A DNA stretch of 64,000 nucleotides from a virus, in the IMG/VR virus record IMGVR_UViG_3300018080_000116, positions 74,193-138,192 of that record; one strand, given 5' to 3'. The notes beneath the pieces are model-generated. The model was not told the origin of the DNA. It saw only the letters and a list, made by a program, of their open reading frames with translations, and made no database searches. Shown here in pieces: positions 1 to 7,740 of the stretch; position 1 is the stretch's first letter, and each line of letters begins with the position of its first letter. A program made the translations under genes and the position numbers.

Positions 1-88
1 GGCCAGTTCGGCGAGCAAGCCTTCTGGTGTGGCAACCTGGGCCTGACGACATTGTGTGCCGTCAAGGTCGAGCCCCAAAGGAGAGACC

Positions 89-277
89 ATGATCTTAGGC
101 AGCAGCCACCACAAGAACACTGAGCGCACCATCCCCATCGAATGTGAGCCGGGCGGCGGCTACATCATACTGACCGCCGACGAGTTCGACCGACTCCAGC
201 AGGGCGAGCCGGTCAAGAAGCGTAGCGGCGACTGCCGTGGCGACTTCGAGATTGTCGCCCAAATAGTTCGAAAATAA
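89..277 (+). CDS. hypothetical early protein (62 aa)
   Basis: ATG at 89 after a GGAGAG RBS; ends just before promoter copy 1. Confidence 0.6.
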   Translation: MILGSSHHKNTERTIPIECEPGGGYIILTADEFDRLQQGEPVKKRSGDCRGDFEIVAQIVRK

Positions 278-315
278 CCGAACCCTTTCCCCACCAGCCG
301 TGTATAAGGGGGCGA
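278..315 (+). promoter_or_regulatory. conserved early promoter, copy 1
   Basis: CCGAAC-N17-TGTATAAG-GGGGCGA. Confidence 0.8.
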
Positions 316-343
316 CCCCAGGATACATCCGTAGGATATATCC
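316..343. promoter_or_regulatory. tandem palindromic operator-like site A
   Basis: GGATACATCC-gta-GGATATATCC; 25/28 nt inverted match to 8879-8906. Confidence 0.5.
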
Positions 344-367
344 CACTCAGTCAGGAGAGACTCGCAC

Positions 368-628
368 ATGTCCCATCCCACCGCCCAAGAGGTCGCAGAC
401 ATCCTCAGTAGCTTTGTCAATGGCATGAGGAGCGACGACGTGGCAGAACTGGTCGATCTGATGCAGCGTGACCACCCGACCTTGGTCACCAACAAGGGCC
501 GACTTTTTCTGGCCTTCTTCGAGGCCGGAACTGATGACAACGGCGACCTGCGGCGTGAGGCCCTGGCCAAGCTATCCCAGGCCATTGCCGATCTGCCGGT
601 CGAGGTAAAGCACCTACCGTACATATGA
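368..628 (+). CDS. hypothetical early protein
   Basis: AGGAGA RBS, downstream of promoter copy 1. Confidence 0.7.
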   Translation: MSHPTAQEVADILSSFVNGMRSDDVAELVDLMQRDHPTLVTNKGRLFLAFFEAGTDDNGDLRREALAKLSQAIADLPVEVKHLPYI

Positions 629-727
629 TCCTTTCTCCTTGACTGGGTGACAGGGACGTAGGGGCCCGGCCCACCAGGGCCGGGCCCTGAACCCCGCACC
701 ACAAGCACCACATTACTGGAGATCACC

Positions 728-1759
728 ATGGCCAGGAAAAAGAAGAAGAGAGATGGGCGAGAGATCAGGGCAGAGATTCAGAAGGAGATGACCGAGCGAA
801 TTGTGCAGGCCATCAAGGACGGCAAGCCGCCCTGGCGCAAGCCCTGGAGCAGCAGCCCGAACGCTGGTTGGCCGAAGAACATTGCCAGCAAGAAGCCGTA
901 CCGTGGCATGAACCCCTTGCTGTTGACCTGTACGTGCATGGACTACGGCTACGATAGCTGTTGGTGGGGCACGTACAAGCAGTGGGGCGACCTGGGATGT
1001 CAGGTCAAGAAGCGGCCCGACGATGTGGAGTATTGGGGCACGAGGATCGTCTACTGGAGCCCGGTGCAGAGCACCCGCCCCAAGGACAAGGACGACCCGG
1101 ACGGCGAGCGTGAGAAGTTCACGTGGTTCATGCTCAAGACCTACACGGTGTTCAACCTGGAGCAGGTTGACGACCCGGACGGCAAGCTTGAGAAGTTCGT
1201 CATCGACAAGGAGAAGCCCCAGATCGCCCCCGAGGCCATCGAAGACCCGGTGTTCGATATGGCTCGTGAGGTGATCGCTGCCACCGGTGCCAAGATCAGC
1301 CATGGTGGCGACCGAGCTTTCTACCGATTGCCCCAGCCCTACGAGGACTGGCCGAACCACAAGAGTGGTGACACGATCCGGCTGCCCAAGCCCGAGACCT
1401 TCGTGGCACCTCAAGATTACTACTACACGGCCTTCCACGAGCTAGGGCACTGGAGCGAGGTGCGTCTGGGCCAGAAGGATGAGAAGTACGCCTTCAACGA
1501 ACTGGTTGCTGAAATGGCGTCCTGCTTCATGGCCTCAGCATGTCAGATTCCGCAGTCCGATGTGATGGACAATCACGAGCGCTACATGGCCTCGTGGTTG
1601 GGCCGGATGGGCGACGACCCGTCCTTCATCTTCAAGGCCAGCACGCTCGCAGCAAAGACCACTGAGCACCTGCTGAGCTACAGCGGCCACGAGGATGTGA
1701 TCGGCGGTCAGCATGGCACTAAGGAGCTTGAGGGCGAGGAGCAGGCAGCCGCCGCTTAA
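728..1759 (+). CDS. ardC: ArdC-like antirestriction protein (DUF1738 ssDNA-binding + zincin-like domain)
   Basis: PPWRKPW, NIASKKPYRGMN, WGTYKQW, HELGHWS, YAFNELVAE and YMASWL motifs typical of ArdC. Confidence 0.9.
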   Translation: MARKKKKRDGREIRAEIQKEMTERIVQAIKDGKPPWRKPWSSSPNAGWPKNIASKKPYRGMNPLLLTCTCMDYGYDSCWWGTYKQWGDLGCQVKKRPDDVEYWGTRIVYWSPVQSTRPKDKDDPDGEREKFTWFMLKTYTVFNLEQVDDPDGKLEKFVIDKEKPQIAPEAIEDPVFDMAREVIAATGAKISHGGDRAFYRLPQPYEDWPNHKSGDTIRLPKPETFVAPQDYYYTAFHELGHWSEVRLGQKDEKYAFNELVAEMASCFMASACQIPQSDVMDNHERYMASWLGRMGDDPSFIFKASTLAAKTTEHLLSYSGHEDVIGGQHGTKELEGEEQAAAA

Positions 1760-1769
1760 GAAGGGAAGG

Positions 1770-1801
1770 AGATCTCGCCCGGCCTGGGCCGGGCGAGATC
1801 T
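1770..1801 (+). terminator. 15-bp perfect hairpin after ardC
   Basis: AGATCTCGCCCGGCC-tg-GGCCGGGCGAGATCT; weak U-tract. Confidence 0.5.
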
Positions 1802-1812
1802 TGATACTCATC

Positions 1813-1974
1813 ATGAAAAAGTATTGGTTCAAGACATCGAGTGGTTCAGTCGTGGGCATGCATGGTTTTGGTGAGGTGAATGCCCTGGCGAACCTAAGGC
1901 ACTGTCTGCCGCAGATCGAGGTTGTGTACAGGTGTGACAGCGAGGGCAACCCAAGGAGGATCTGCGAGGACTAG
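1813..1974 (+). CDS. small hypothetical protein (53 aa, not in the ORF track)
   Basis: MKKYWFKTSSG...RICED, open frame between two hairpins. Confidence 0.5.
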   Translation: MKKYWFKTSSGSVVGMHGFGEVNALANLRHCLPQIEVVYRCDSEGNPRRICED

Positions 1975-2049
1975 TATATAGCAGAACAATGGTGCTGCGA
2001 GCGGATCGATGGGAGTGGTGCCCCAGAAGGACCGACCTGCTCGCCTCTA

Positions 2050-2090
2050 GAAGCCCGCTGGGATGGCATGGCCTCCAGCGGGCTTTCTTC
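2050..2090 (+). terminator. intrinsic terminator
   Basis: AAGCCCGCTGG / CCAGCGGGCTT stem followed by TCTTC. Confidence 0.6.
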
Positions 2091-2283
2091 ATGCGCAATT
2101 TGTGAGATTTATTCTGGATTTTTCTTTTTTGGATTTTCGAATTGATCTCGGGATTTTTCATTTGCGCAGTGGGATTTTAGTCCAGATGTATAACACGTGG
2201 TTGGCCTGGACGGTTTTAAGTGCAGATGTATAAGGGGGCGGCACCGCCGAGCCGGGTGCCCTGGCGGCTGCGCCGCCAGGGCA

Positions 2284-2321
2284 CCGAACCTTTCGGCGTC
2301 GAGCCGTGTATAAGGGGGCGA
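2284..2321 (+). promoter_or_regulatory. conserved early promoter, copy 2
   Basis: CCGAAC-N17-TGTATAAG-GGGGCGA; extra TGTATAA boxes at 2187 and 2227. Confidence 0.8.
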
Positions 2322-2369
2322 TCCGGCTGGTGCCGGGTGGCACCGGCCACTGACAAGGAGGCCCAAGCC

Positions 2370-2513
2370 ATGACTATGCAAGAACTGAACGACCTGAGCC
2401 GCAGGCAGTTGGAGGCCGAGGCGATCCGCCGTGGCTACCGTCCCGACCCGGACGACACCGACGAAGACCTGCGGAGCGTGATCCACCAGCGAGACCAAAG
2501 GAAGGCAGCATGA
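2370..2513 (+). CDS. small helical protein (possible SAP/Rho-N-like nucleic-acid binder)
   Basis: AAGGAGG RBS; LNDLSRRQLEAEAIRRGY...DEDL pattern; ends KAA. Confidence 0.55.
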   Translation: MTMQELNDLSRRQLEAEAIRRGYRPDPDDTDEDLRSVIHQRDQRKAA

Positions 2514-2791
2514 TCGTACCGAACGGCGACGAGGCGTATGCCCTGTCCGAGCGATATGACGAGCCGAGCGAGGCTGATCTGTTCGACGTGGACGATGCCC
2601 AGGCGATCAAGGCCAGCAACCGGCAGGCCAAGGTGGGCACCAGGGTGATCTGCCCGACCTGCGGTTGCCGGTTCACGAAGCGATCCTATCAGCACGTGTT
2701 CTGCCGGTCCAAAGGCCGAGGGAACTGCAAGGATCGGTTCCACAACCTCGCCAGCCCGGAGCGACTGGCGAGGGCCAGGGCGTGGTCCTAG
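2510..2791 (+). CDS. zinc-finger protein
   Basis: CPTCGC...HVFC...C motif; ATGA overlap with the upstream gene. Confidence 0.65.
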   Translation: MIVPNGDEAYALSERYDEPSEADLFDVDDAQAIKASNRQAKVGTRVICPTCGCRFTKRSYQHVFCRSKGRGNCKDRFHNLASPERLARARAWS

Positions 2792-3059
2792 TACATGAAC
2801 CGCTGCGCCTTGATCTTCGCTTGCAGGTCGAGGCGGCGATCTTCGTCGCCGTCTTCGTCCATCCGCATTAGATCGTCAACCTCGTGCCACTCCAGGCCGC
2901 AGTAGGTGCAGCCGAGGTCACGGAAGTCAACTGGCAGGGGTTGGCAGCATCGTGGGCAACGCATTGTATTCTCCGGGTTAGAGTGTTGGGCGAGCGACCT
3001 GCCCGCCCTTCACTTCCCTTTAGGCACCTGCGGCGGCAAGAAATAAAAAGAAAATTAGA

Positions 3060-3096
3060 CCGAACCTTTTTTGATCTTGTGTGTATAAGGGGGCGA
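3060..3096 (+). promoter_or_regulatory. conserved early promoter, copy 3 (drives the ncRNA locus)
   Basis: CCGAAC-N16-TGTATAAG-GGGGCGA; no credible ORF before the next promoter. Confidence 0.8.
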
Positions 3097-3287
3097 ACGG
3101 TGGGTGAGCAGCCCCGCAAGTCGCAGCAAGGCACGCTGCGAGCCGTCCCAGGCCGACCCGCTGACGAGGCAAACAGGCCATTCACTGATCCCCGCTCGTC
3201 TCAACCGTTATCAGTGTGGGTTGAGTGGTGTAAGGCGCAAGCCAGGGGGCACACCCAACATGGCGTTGGGAGGTACGAGGGTTCGAT
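3096..3287 (+). ncRNA. structured RNA with two degenerate tRNA-like units
   Basis: AACGGT/ACCGTT closing stem, TCGCAGC/GCTGCGA arm, GTGT/GCAC D-stem, CCCAAC/GTTGGG arm, GGTTCGAT T-loop word. Confidence 0.5.
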
Positions 3288-3351
3288 CATGGTGTAGTGG
3301 TAGCACACCGGCGTGCAGCCGGAAGTATGGGTTCGAGTCCCATTGATCGTC
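3283..3351 (+). tRNA. atypical tRNA or tRNA-like element (anticodon arm 2 nt short, central TGC; no encoded CCA)
   Basis: acceptor TCGATCA/TGATCGT, D-arm GTGT-AGTGGTA-GCAC, CCGGC-GTGCA-GCCGG, T-arm ATGGG-TTCGAGT-CCCAT. Confidence 0.75.
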
Positions 3352-3359
3352 TTATCTGC

Positions 3360-3518
3360 GGTACGACTGCTGGCCCAGAGAGGTCAGCAGGTAGGGAATA
3401 GAGTCCTGTAGGAGTGCGAGATCGCTGCTGTGTACGAGGTGGGGAACCCGGCACGAGTGGCCCTTTGAGCCTACAGGTGAATACCGGAGAACGTCAGCCC
3501 CGTGGCGTTGAGCGTACC
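3360..3518 (+). ncRNA. multibranch structured RNA between tRNA-like units
   Basis: nested stems GGTACG/CGTACC, CTGCTGGCC/GGTCAGCAG, CCTGTAGG/CCTACAGG, AACGTCA/TGGCGTT. Confidence 0.5.
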
Positions 3519-3532
3519 AACGAAACATGATT

Positions 3533-3661
3533 CGCTGCTTTGTGGTGTAATGTCAGCACTCTCGCCTTGAGTACCCGAGTCCGAGCCCCTGGTCATGCGG
3601 AGGGCAGACGACTCGGCGAAATTGGCGGGGGGTCCGGGTGCATAGTCCCGGCTGAGCGGCG
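3533..3661 (+). ncRNA. tRNA-like element with a 57-nt structured insertion in place of the anticodon loop
   Basis: TG-GTGT-AATGTCA-GCAC D-arm, CTCGCC/GGCGGG stem, CCGGG-TGCATAGT-CCCGG T-like arm, acceptor-like stem. Confidence 0.5.
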
Positions 3662-3675
3662 TTTTAAAAATTATG

Positions 3676-3712
3676 CCGAACCCTTTTCAGTTTGGCGTGT
3701 ATAAGGGTGCGA
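3676..3712 (+). promoter_or_regulatory. conserved early promoter, copy 4
   Basis: CCGAAC-N16-TGTATAAG-GGTGCGA. Confidence 0.8.
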
Positions 3713-3743
3713 ACATCACGCACCTTTTAACGGAGTGGTCCCC

Positions 3744-4106
3744 ATGCTGAATCGAAAGATTGCCCTTTACGTCCCTGGCACAACTGACGTGAACGTGCCC
3801 GCCCCCGAGCAGCAGGCAGCCGCCGTTGTCCATGCTCTCGAACAGTTCGCCGAGTGGTTCGGTGGGGCGACCGTGATCGACGGTCAAGGGGCGTGGATGA
3901 GCGACGAACACGGTCTCGTGGTCGAGCCCGTCCGCATCGTCTACTGCTTCACCGACGCCGAGGGATTGGCCAAGCATCTGAGTGAAGTCAAGCTGTTGGC
4001 CCGGCACGTCTGCCGAGCCATGTCCCAAGAGTGTGTCAGTCTGGAAGTGGCTGGCGAGTTGCAGTTCATCGAAGTCGCCGAGGTCGCCGACGAGAAGGTG
4101 GCCTAG
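3744..4106 (+). CDS. PII-like/DUF3574-fold protein, possible SAM lyase
   Basis: FGGATVIDGQGAW...VVEPVRIV...LARHVCRAMSQECVSL resembles the T3 SAMase pattern; start may be 3735. Confidence 0.4.
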   Translation: MLNRKIALYVPGTTDVNVPAPEQQAAAVVHALEQFAEWFGGATVIDGQGAWMSDEHGLVVEPVRIVYCFTDAEGLAKHLSEVKLLARHVCRAMSQECVSLEVAGELQFIEVAEVADEKVA

Positions 4107-4116
4107 TGTCCCATCT

Positions 4117-4148
4117 GAGCCCCCTGGGCATCGCCCAGGGGGCTCTTT
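4117..4148 (+). terminator. intrinsic terminator
   Basis: GAGCCCCCTGGGC-atc-GCCCAGGGGGCTC-ttt. Confidence 0.65.
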
Positions 4149-4178
4149 GAGTGTCCCCTGACCAACGGAGCCAAAACC

Positions 4179-4442
4179 ATGAAGTCGCACGCACGCCCCC
4201 GTCTGGCAGCCGAGACGATTCCGCCGTTGACCGGTGCCTCGGTGATCCAGCCCGGCCACCCGTACTACACTCAGTACGTCAAGTGGCTCGAAGCCCGCAA
4301 GGCCGAGCTAGGCCCCGAGGCAGCCGTGAGCAACAAGCGCAAGGGGCGTTTGTTCTTGGCAGCCCATCCGCACCTGAAGCGCTGTTGGGAAGGCGTGATC
4401 CTTCACGCCCGCCGAATCGAGGCCGAGAAAAAAGCAGCATAA
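4179..4442 (+). CDS. hypothetical basic protein
   Basis: GGAG RBS; ends KKAA. Confidence 0.7.
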   Translation: MKSHARPRLAAETIPPLTGASVIQPGHPYYTQYVKWLEARKAELGPEAAVSNKRKGRLFLAAHPHLKRCWEGVILHARRIEAEKKAA

Positions 4443-4444
4443 GA

Positions 4445-4481
4445 CCGAACCCTTTTTCGTTTCGTGTGTATAAGGGGGCGA
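4445..4481 (+). promoter_or_regulatory. conserved early promoter, copy 5
   Basis: CCGAAC-N16-TGTATAAG-GGGGCGA. Confidence 0.8.
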
Positions 4482-4577
4482 ACCGAGCAGAACGAAAGAC
4501 CGGAACAAGACTAAACAGGTTTGGTTATTCCTGGTTCTGCTCTTTCCTAACCCCCATTCCTTACGGAGACCCGGATC

Positions 4578-5312
4578 ATGTTGCGAAGCGTCGAGAAGCC
4601 CAATTCCCCCGTCCTGTCCGACCCCTTGTTCATCATGGCCATCGTGCCGATCCTCGCCGCCTTCCGCCGCATGGGCGAGCGGATCGCCGATCTGGTGGCC
4701 GTCGAAGATGACAACCTCGAACCCGTGTTCGACAAGCGGATCGAGCAAAACAACCTGGGCGTGGTCGTCGATGGCCTGTCGCCCGTGGTGATCGAGACCG
4801 CCCGCTATTCGATGCGAGTCGGCGGCAAGCTGGTTGTCAGTGCCGAAGCCAAGTCCCTGCTGGTCGATGGCGAGTTGTACGACTTCGACATGACTTGTGC
4901 GTGGCATCCCCAGGTCGAAGTCGAAATGCAGGCCCTCTTGAAGCGCCTGAACGTCCCGATCCTCTTGTTGATGGCAGGTCTCGGCTACAACCTGCGGCCC
5001 CGCCACGAGGTCATTCCCGGCCTGCTGGTGATCCACCTGGGCCAGAAGAAGGTCGAGCCCAATTCCGCCGCACAGGCCCCCTTCCGGCCCGCTGAGGCCG
5101 CTTCCGATGGCCCGAGCGTCATGTACCCCGGCCACCACAACGAGGGCTACCAGCCCGCCCAGGAGCCCGTGCGTTGCTCCTGCCAGGACGACAACCCCTC
5201 GTGGGACGGCCCGAGCAACTGTGCCGGTTGCGAGAACTTCGCCATCTGCCACCCGGCAGCCGCCGCCGAGGCCAACGTGTTCGTGGGAGAGCCGCTTCGC
5301 AAGGCCGCATGA
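4578..5312 (+). CDS. hypothetical protein with C-terminal Cys cluster
   Basis: ACGGAG RBS; CSC...CAGC...C; ends RKAA. Confidence 0.7.
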   Translation: MLRSVEKPNSPVLSDPLFIMAIVPILAAFRRMGERIADLVAVEDDNLEPVFDKRIEQNNLGVVVDGLSPVVIETARYSMRVGGKLVVSAEAKSLLVDGELYDFDMTCAWHPQVEVEMQALLKRLNVPILLLMAGLGYNLRPRHEVIPGLLVIHLGQKKVEPNSAAQAPFRPAEAASDGPSVMYPGHHNEGYQPAQEPVRCSCQDDNPSWDGPSNCAGCENFAICHPAAAAEANVFVGEPLRKAA

Positions 5313-5379
5313 TCCGGCCCGGCTTGCCTGCCGCCGCCCGGCGCAGCGGCGGCAGGCAGCCATTTATTTTAGAATTAGA

Positions 5380-5416
5380 CCGAACCTTTGCCCGCCATCT
5401 GTGTATAAGAGGGCGA
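5380..5416 (+). promoter_or_regulatory. conserved early promoter, copy 6
   Basis: CCGAAC-N16-TGTATAAG-AGGGCGA. Confidence 0.8.
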
Positions 5417-5451
5417 ACAAAGTTTCTGTCCCCAACCTTACGGAGAACCTC

Positions 5452-6228
5452 ATGTCCAACGCACCCATCCAGTACGTGACCGAGAACGAGTTGATCGGCA
5501 TTTTGACCCGGATCAACACCGCCCAACCCTTCGGCGTGGTCGCCCTGACCATGCCCTCGTGCTTCTCGACTCGCAGGGGCGGCAGCCGCAAGAAAACGGA
5601 GCCGCTCTGCCCGCCCGTGATGAAGCGGCAGCGTGTCAGCGGCATCAGCAACTTCGATTACCTGCGCAGCCGCAACAACGACAACGCCCGTGAGTGGTCC
5701 CGGCAGGTCGAAGCGCTGAAGGCCGAGGGCAAGACCAAAGAGGCGGCAGACCTGGAACAGCAGGGGCCGGAACAGCACGAGTTGGGCAGCCGCAGCGACG
5801 ACCGTGAGCGGATCGAGGGCACCGTCCTGGTCCGCCGCCCGTCCACCGGCCACGTCTACCTGCAAATGATGATCCCGACCGGCCATCACCCCTCGTGGCC
5901 CAAGGGTCGCCACGAAACGAGCTACTGTTACCTGCCCGATCATCGTGGCCTGCTGCTGGAAAGCTACGCCAAGGGCAAGCCGAGCAAGGCCCATGCCGAG
6001 GCGTACCCCGAGCACGTGTTGGCAGCCATACCCGCCGTCGAGTACAGCCTGGAAGGCGATGGCGATGAAAGCCTCGCCGACTGGCTCAAGCCGTACAAGC
6101 GGCGAGACGACGAGCCGCACGACTTCGACTACCGTGAGTACCGCTTCGATCATATCCTCGAAGTGCGTGCCGAGGGCATCCGCTACATCGTCCGCCGTGG
6201 CGAGGAAGCCCAGGCGAAGACCGCATAA
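5452..6228 (+). CDS. hypothetical protein (258 aa)
   Basis: start reassigned to ATG 5452 after an ACGGAGA RBS and promoter 6. Confidence 0.7.
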   Translation: MSNAPIQYVTENELIGILTRINTAQPFGVVALTMPSCFSTRRGGSRKKTEPLCPPVMKRQRVSGISNFDYLRSRNNDNAREWSRQVEALKAEGKTKEAADLEQQGPEQHELGSRSDDRERIEGTVLVRRPSTGHVYLQMMIPTGHHPSWPKGRHETSYCYLPDHRGLLLESYAKGKPSKAHAEAYPEHVLAAIPAVEYSLEGDGDESLADWLKPYKRRDDEPHDFDYREYRFDHILEVRAEGIRYIVRRGEEAQAKTA

Positions 6229-6242
6229 CGGTTTGGGGACCG

Positions 6243-6284
6243 GCCCGGCTGCGTGATAAGGAGCGCAGCCGGGCACTCTTTTTT
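6243..6284 (+). terminator. intrinsic terminator
   Basis: GCCCGGCTGCG / CGCAGCCGGGC stem plus T-run. Confidence 0.7.
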
Positions 6285-6319
6285 GCACCGCAAGTTCGCA
6301 TGTATAACAGGACACGACC

Positions 6320-6562
6320 ATGCTGAAATCAAGCGACCCCAACAACACCGAAGACCTTGTTTCGATCTTCAACGAGTGGGCCGAAAACACGTTTGTGTGG
6401 CCCGCTGGCCACGAGCCCCAAATGACATCGTTTTTTGAGCACGGCCAGTGGTGGGTGCAAGACATCAACAGCGATGCCACCTGGAGCGTCGTAGATGCGG
6501 AAGGTGGCGATGCCGTCGCCGGTTACAGTTTCGAGCAGATCACCGATGGGGAACTGGCATGA
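6320..6562 (+). CDS. hypothetical acidic protein
   Basis: TGTATAAC box at 6301, AGGA RBS. Confidence 0.65.
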   Translation: MLKSSDPNNTEDLVSIFNEWAENTFVWPAGHEPQMTSFFEHGQWWVQDINSDATWSVVDAEGGDAVAGYSFEQITDGELA

Positions 6563-6822
6563 CACTGGACCCCACCGACGAACGCCGAGCCGAACACGGC
6601 CACCTAACACCAGCCCAACATGAAGCCCTGATGGAAGCCTGTGTGCAGGTGTATATGGCGGCGGATGGCATCGAGACCGTCCCCGAGTATGCCGCCCGAG
6701 CCGCCCTGGCAGGCGAAGGGCCAGACACGCTCGCCGCCATGCTGCCCGACGACACCGATCACTGCCGCCGCCTGGGCGTCAACTTCGATCCCGAAACCGG
6801 AGAGGAATGGCCCGATGAATAA
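6559..6822 (+). CDS. hypothetical acidic protein
   Basis: ATGA-coupled to the previous gene (MTLDPTDERR...). Confidence 0.6.
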   Translation: MTLDPTDERRAEHGHLTPAQHEALMEACVQVYMAADGIETVPEYAARAALAGEGPDTLAAMLPDDTDHCRRLGVNFDPETGEEWPDE

Positions 6823-7165
6823 CGTAGACAGCAGCCACGTGCAGATCACCGTCACCTGCGAGCGCTGCGGCCACACCTGGGACGTTGAAGACTATGATGC
6901 CCTGAGTGTGCAGGCCGCTGAGCAGGCCGCAAGGGAAGCCGAGTGCCAGAACTGCAACGCCACGTCCCGGCAGGTGAGGTTCTACAACATCAAGTGGGAC
7001 ACCACCGACGACGATCACCCGGACGGCCAGGACGTGGATCTGCCCGACGACGTGACCCTCGAAGTCGATGGCGACGTGGACCTGGACACCGAGGGTGCCG
7101 ACGTGCTCAGCGACAAATACGGCTGGTGCGTGTTCAGCTTCGACTATGAAGAGACCGAACCTTAG
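6815..7165 (+). CDS. acidic Zn-ribbon protein
   Basis: CERC...CQNC; GAGG RBS. Confidence 0.6.
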   Translation: MNNVDSSHVQITVTCERCGHTWDVEDYDALSVQAAEQAAREAECQNCNATSRQVRFYNIKWDTTDDDHPDGQDVDLPDDVTLEVDGDVDLDTEGADVLSDKYGWCVFSFDYEETEP

Positions 7166-7192
7166 CGCCCCTTCGTGTGTATAAGGGTGCGA
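7155..7192 (+). promoter_or_regulatory. conserved early promoter, copy 7
   Basis: CCGAAC-N17-TGTATAAG-GGTGCGA, overlapping the 3' end of the upstream gene. Confidence 0.8.
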
Positions 7193-7204
7193 AAGGAAAC
7201 CACC

Positions 7205-7570
7205 ATGCAAGAGATCAGCGCCTTTGCCATTCTGATCGCCAGCGACGGCGAGCCCATTCGAGTCCACCCCCAGATGGCCGGTGTGAAAACCGGCTTCGCC
7301 CGGATCGGCAACCCCTACTTCGACGGCGATCCCGATTGGCGACTCAAGGACGGCAACACCGTCATCGAGTGCCAACCCAGCGACTCCAGGGCGATCCCCG
7401 TGGCCGATGCCTACCAGAAACTACGAGCAGCCTGGGAGGCGGAAGCGGCTGAACTCCAGGCCGAGGAAGAGGCGTGGGAACGTGAGTGGGCCGAGCGCAA
7501 CGAACAACGCAGGTGGGACGAAACCATCGGCCACCTGTACCTCATCCAAGATCGTTTAATGGGAATCTAA
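7205..7570 (+). CDS. hypothetical protein
   Basis: AAGGA RBS after promoter 7; acidic coiled C-terminus. Confidence 0.7.
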   Translation: MQEISAFAILIASDGEPIRVHPQMAGVKTGFARIGNPYFDGDPDWRLKDGNTVIECQPSDSRAIPVADAYQKLRAAWEAEAAELQAEEEAWEREWAERNEQRRWDETIGHLYLIQDRLMGI

Positions 7571-7607
7571 CCGAACCTTTTGCGGCGAACTGTGTATAAG
7601 AGTGCGA
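7571..7607 (+). promoter_or_regulatory. conserved early promoter, copy 8
   Basis: CCGAAC-N16-TGTATAAG-AGTGCGA. Confidence 0.8.
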
Positions 7608-7740
7608 AAGGACGCCACCATGCTTTACTCAGTCCCCTACCGACGAACGGACGGCAGCCTCGACAGCTATTTTCTGTTCACCAACAGACAGCCCCCGGAA
7701 GGGGCCAGCCCCGTTCTGATCCCCAACAAGGAACCCAAAC

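Noticed and set aside
3161-3190. CTGACGA-GGC...GCC resembling a hammerhead ribozyme core
   Set aside because: The required GAAA after stem II is absent (ATTC follows).
3190-3290. Two-piece (permuted) tmRNA
   Set aside because: No G3-U70 alanine identity pair, a D-stem is present, and no tag reading frame was recognised.
3360-3518. c-di-AMP (ydaO) riboswitch-like words (GGTACG, GGGGAACC, GGTGAAT, CGTCAGC)
   Set aside because: Only short word matches; I could not reconstruct the riboswitch architecture, so it is left unassigned.
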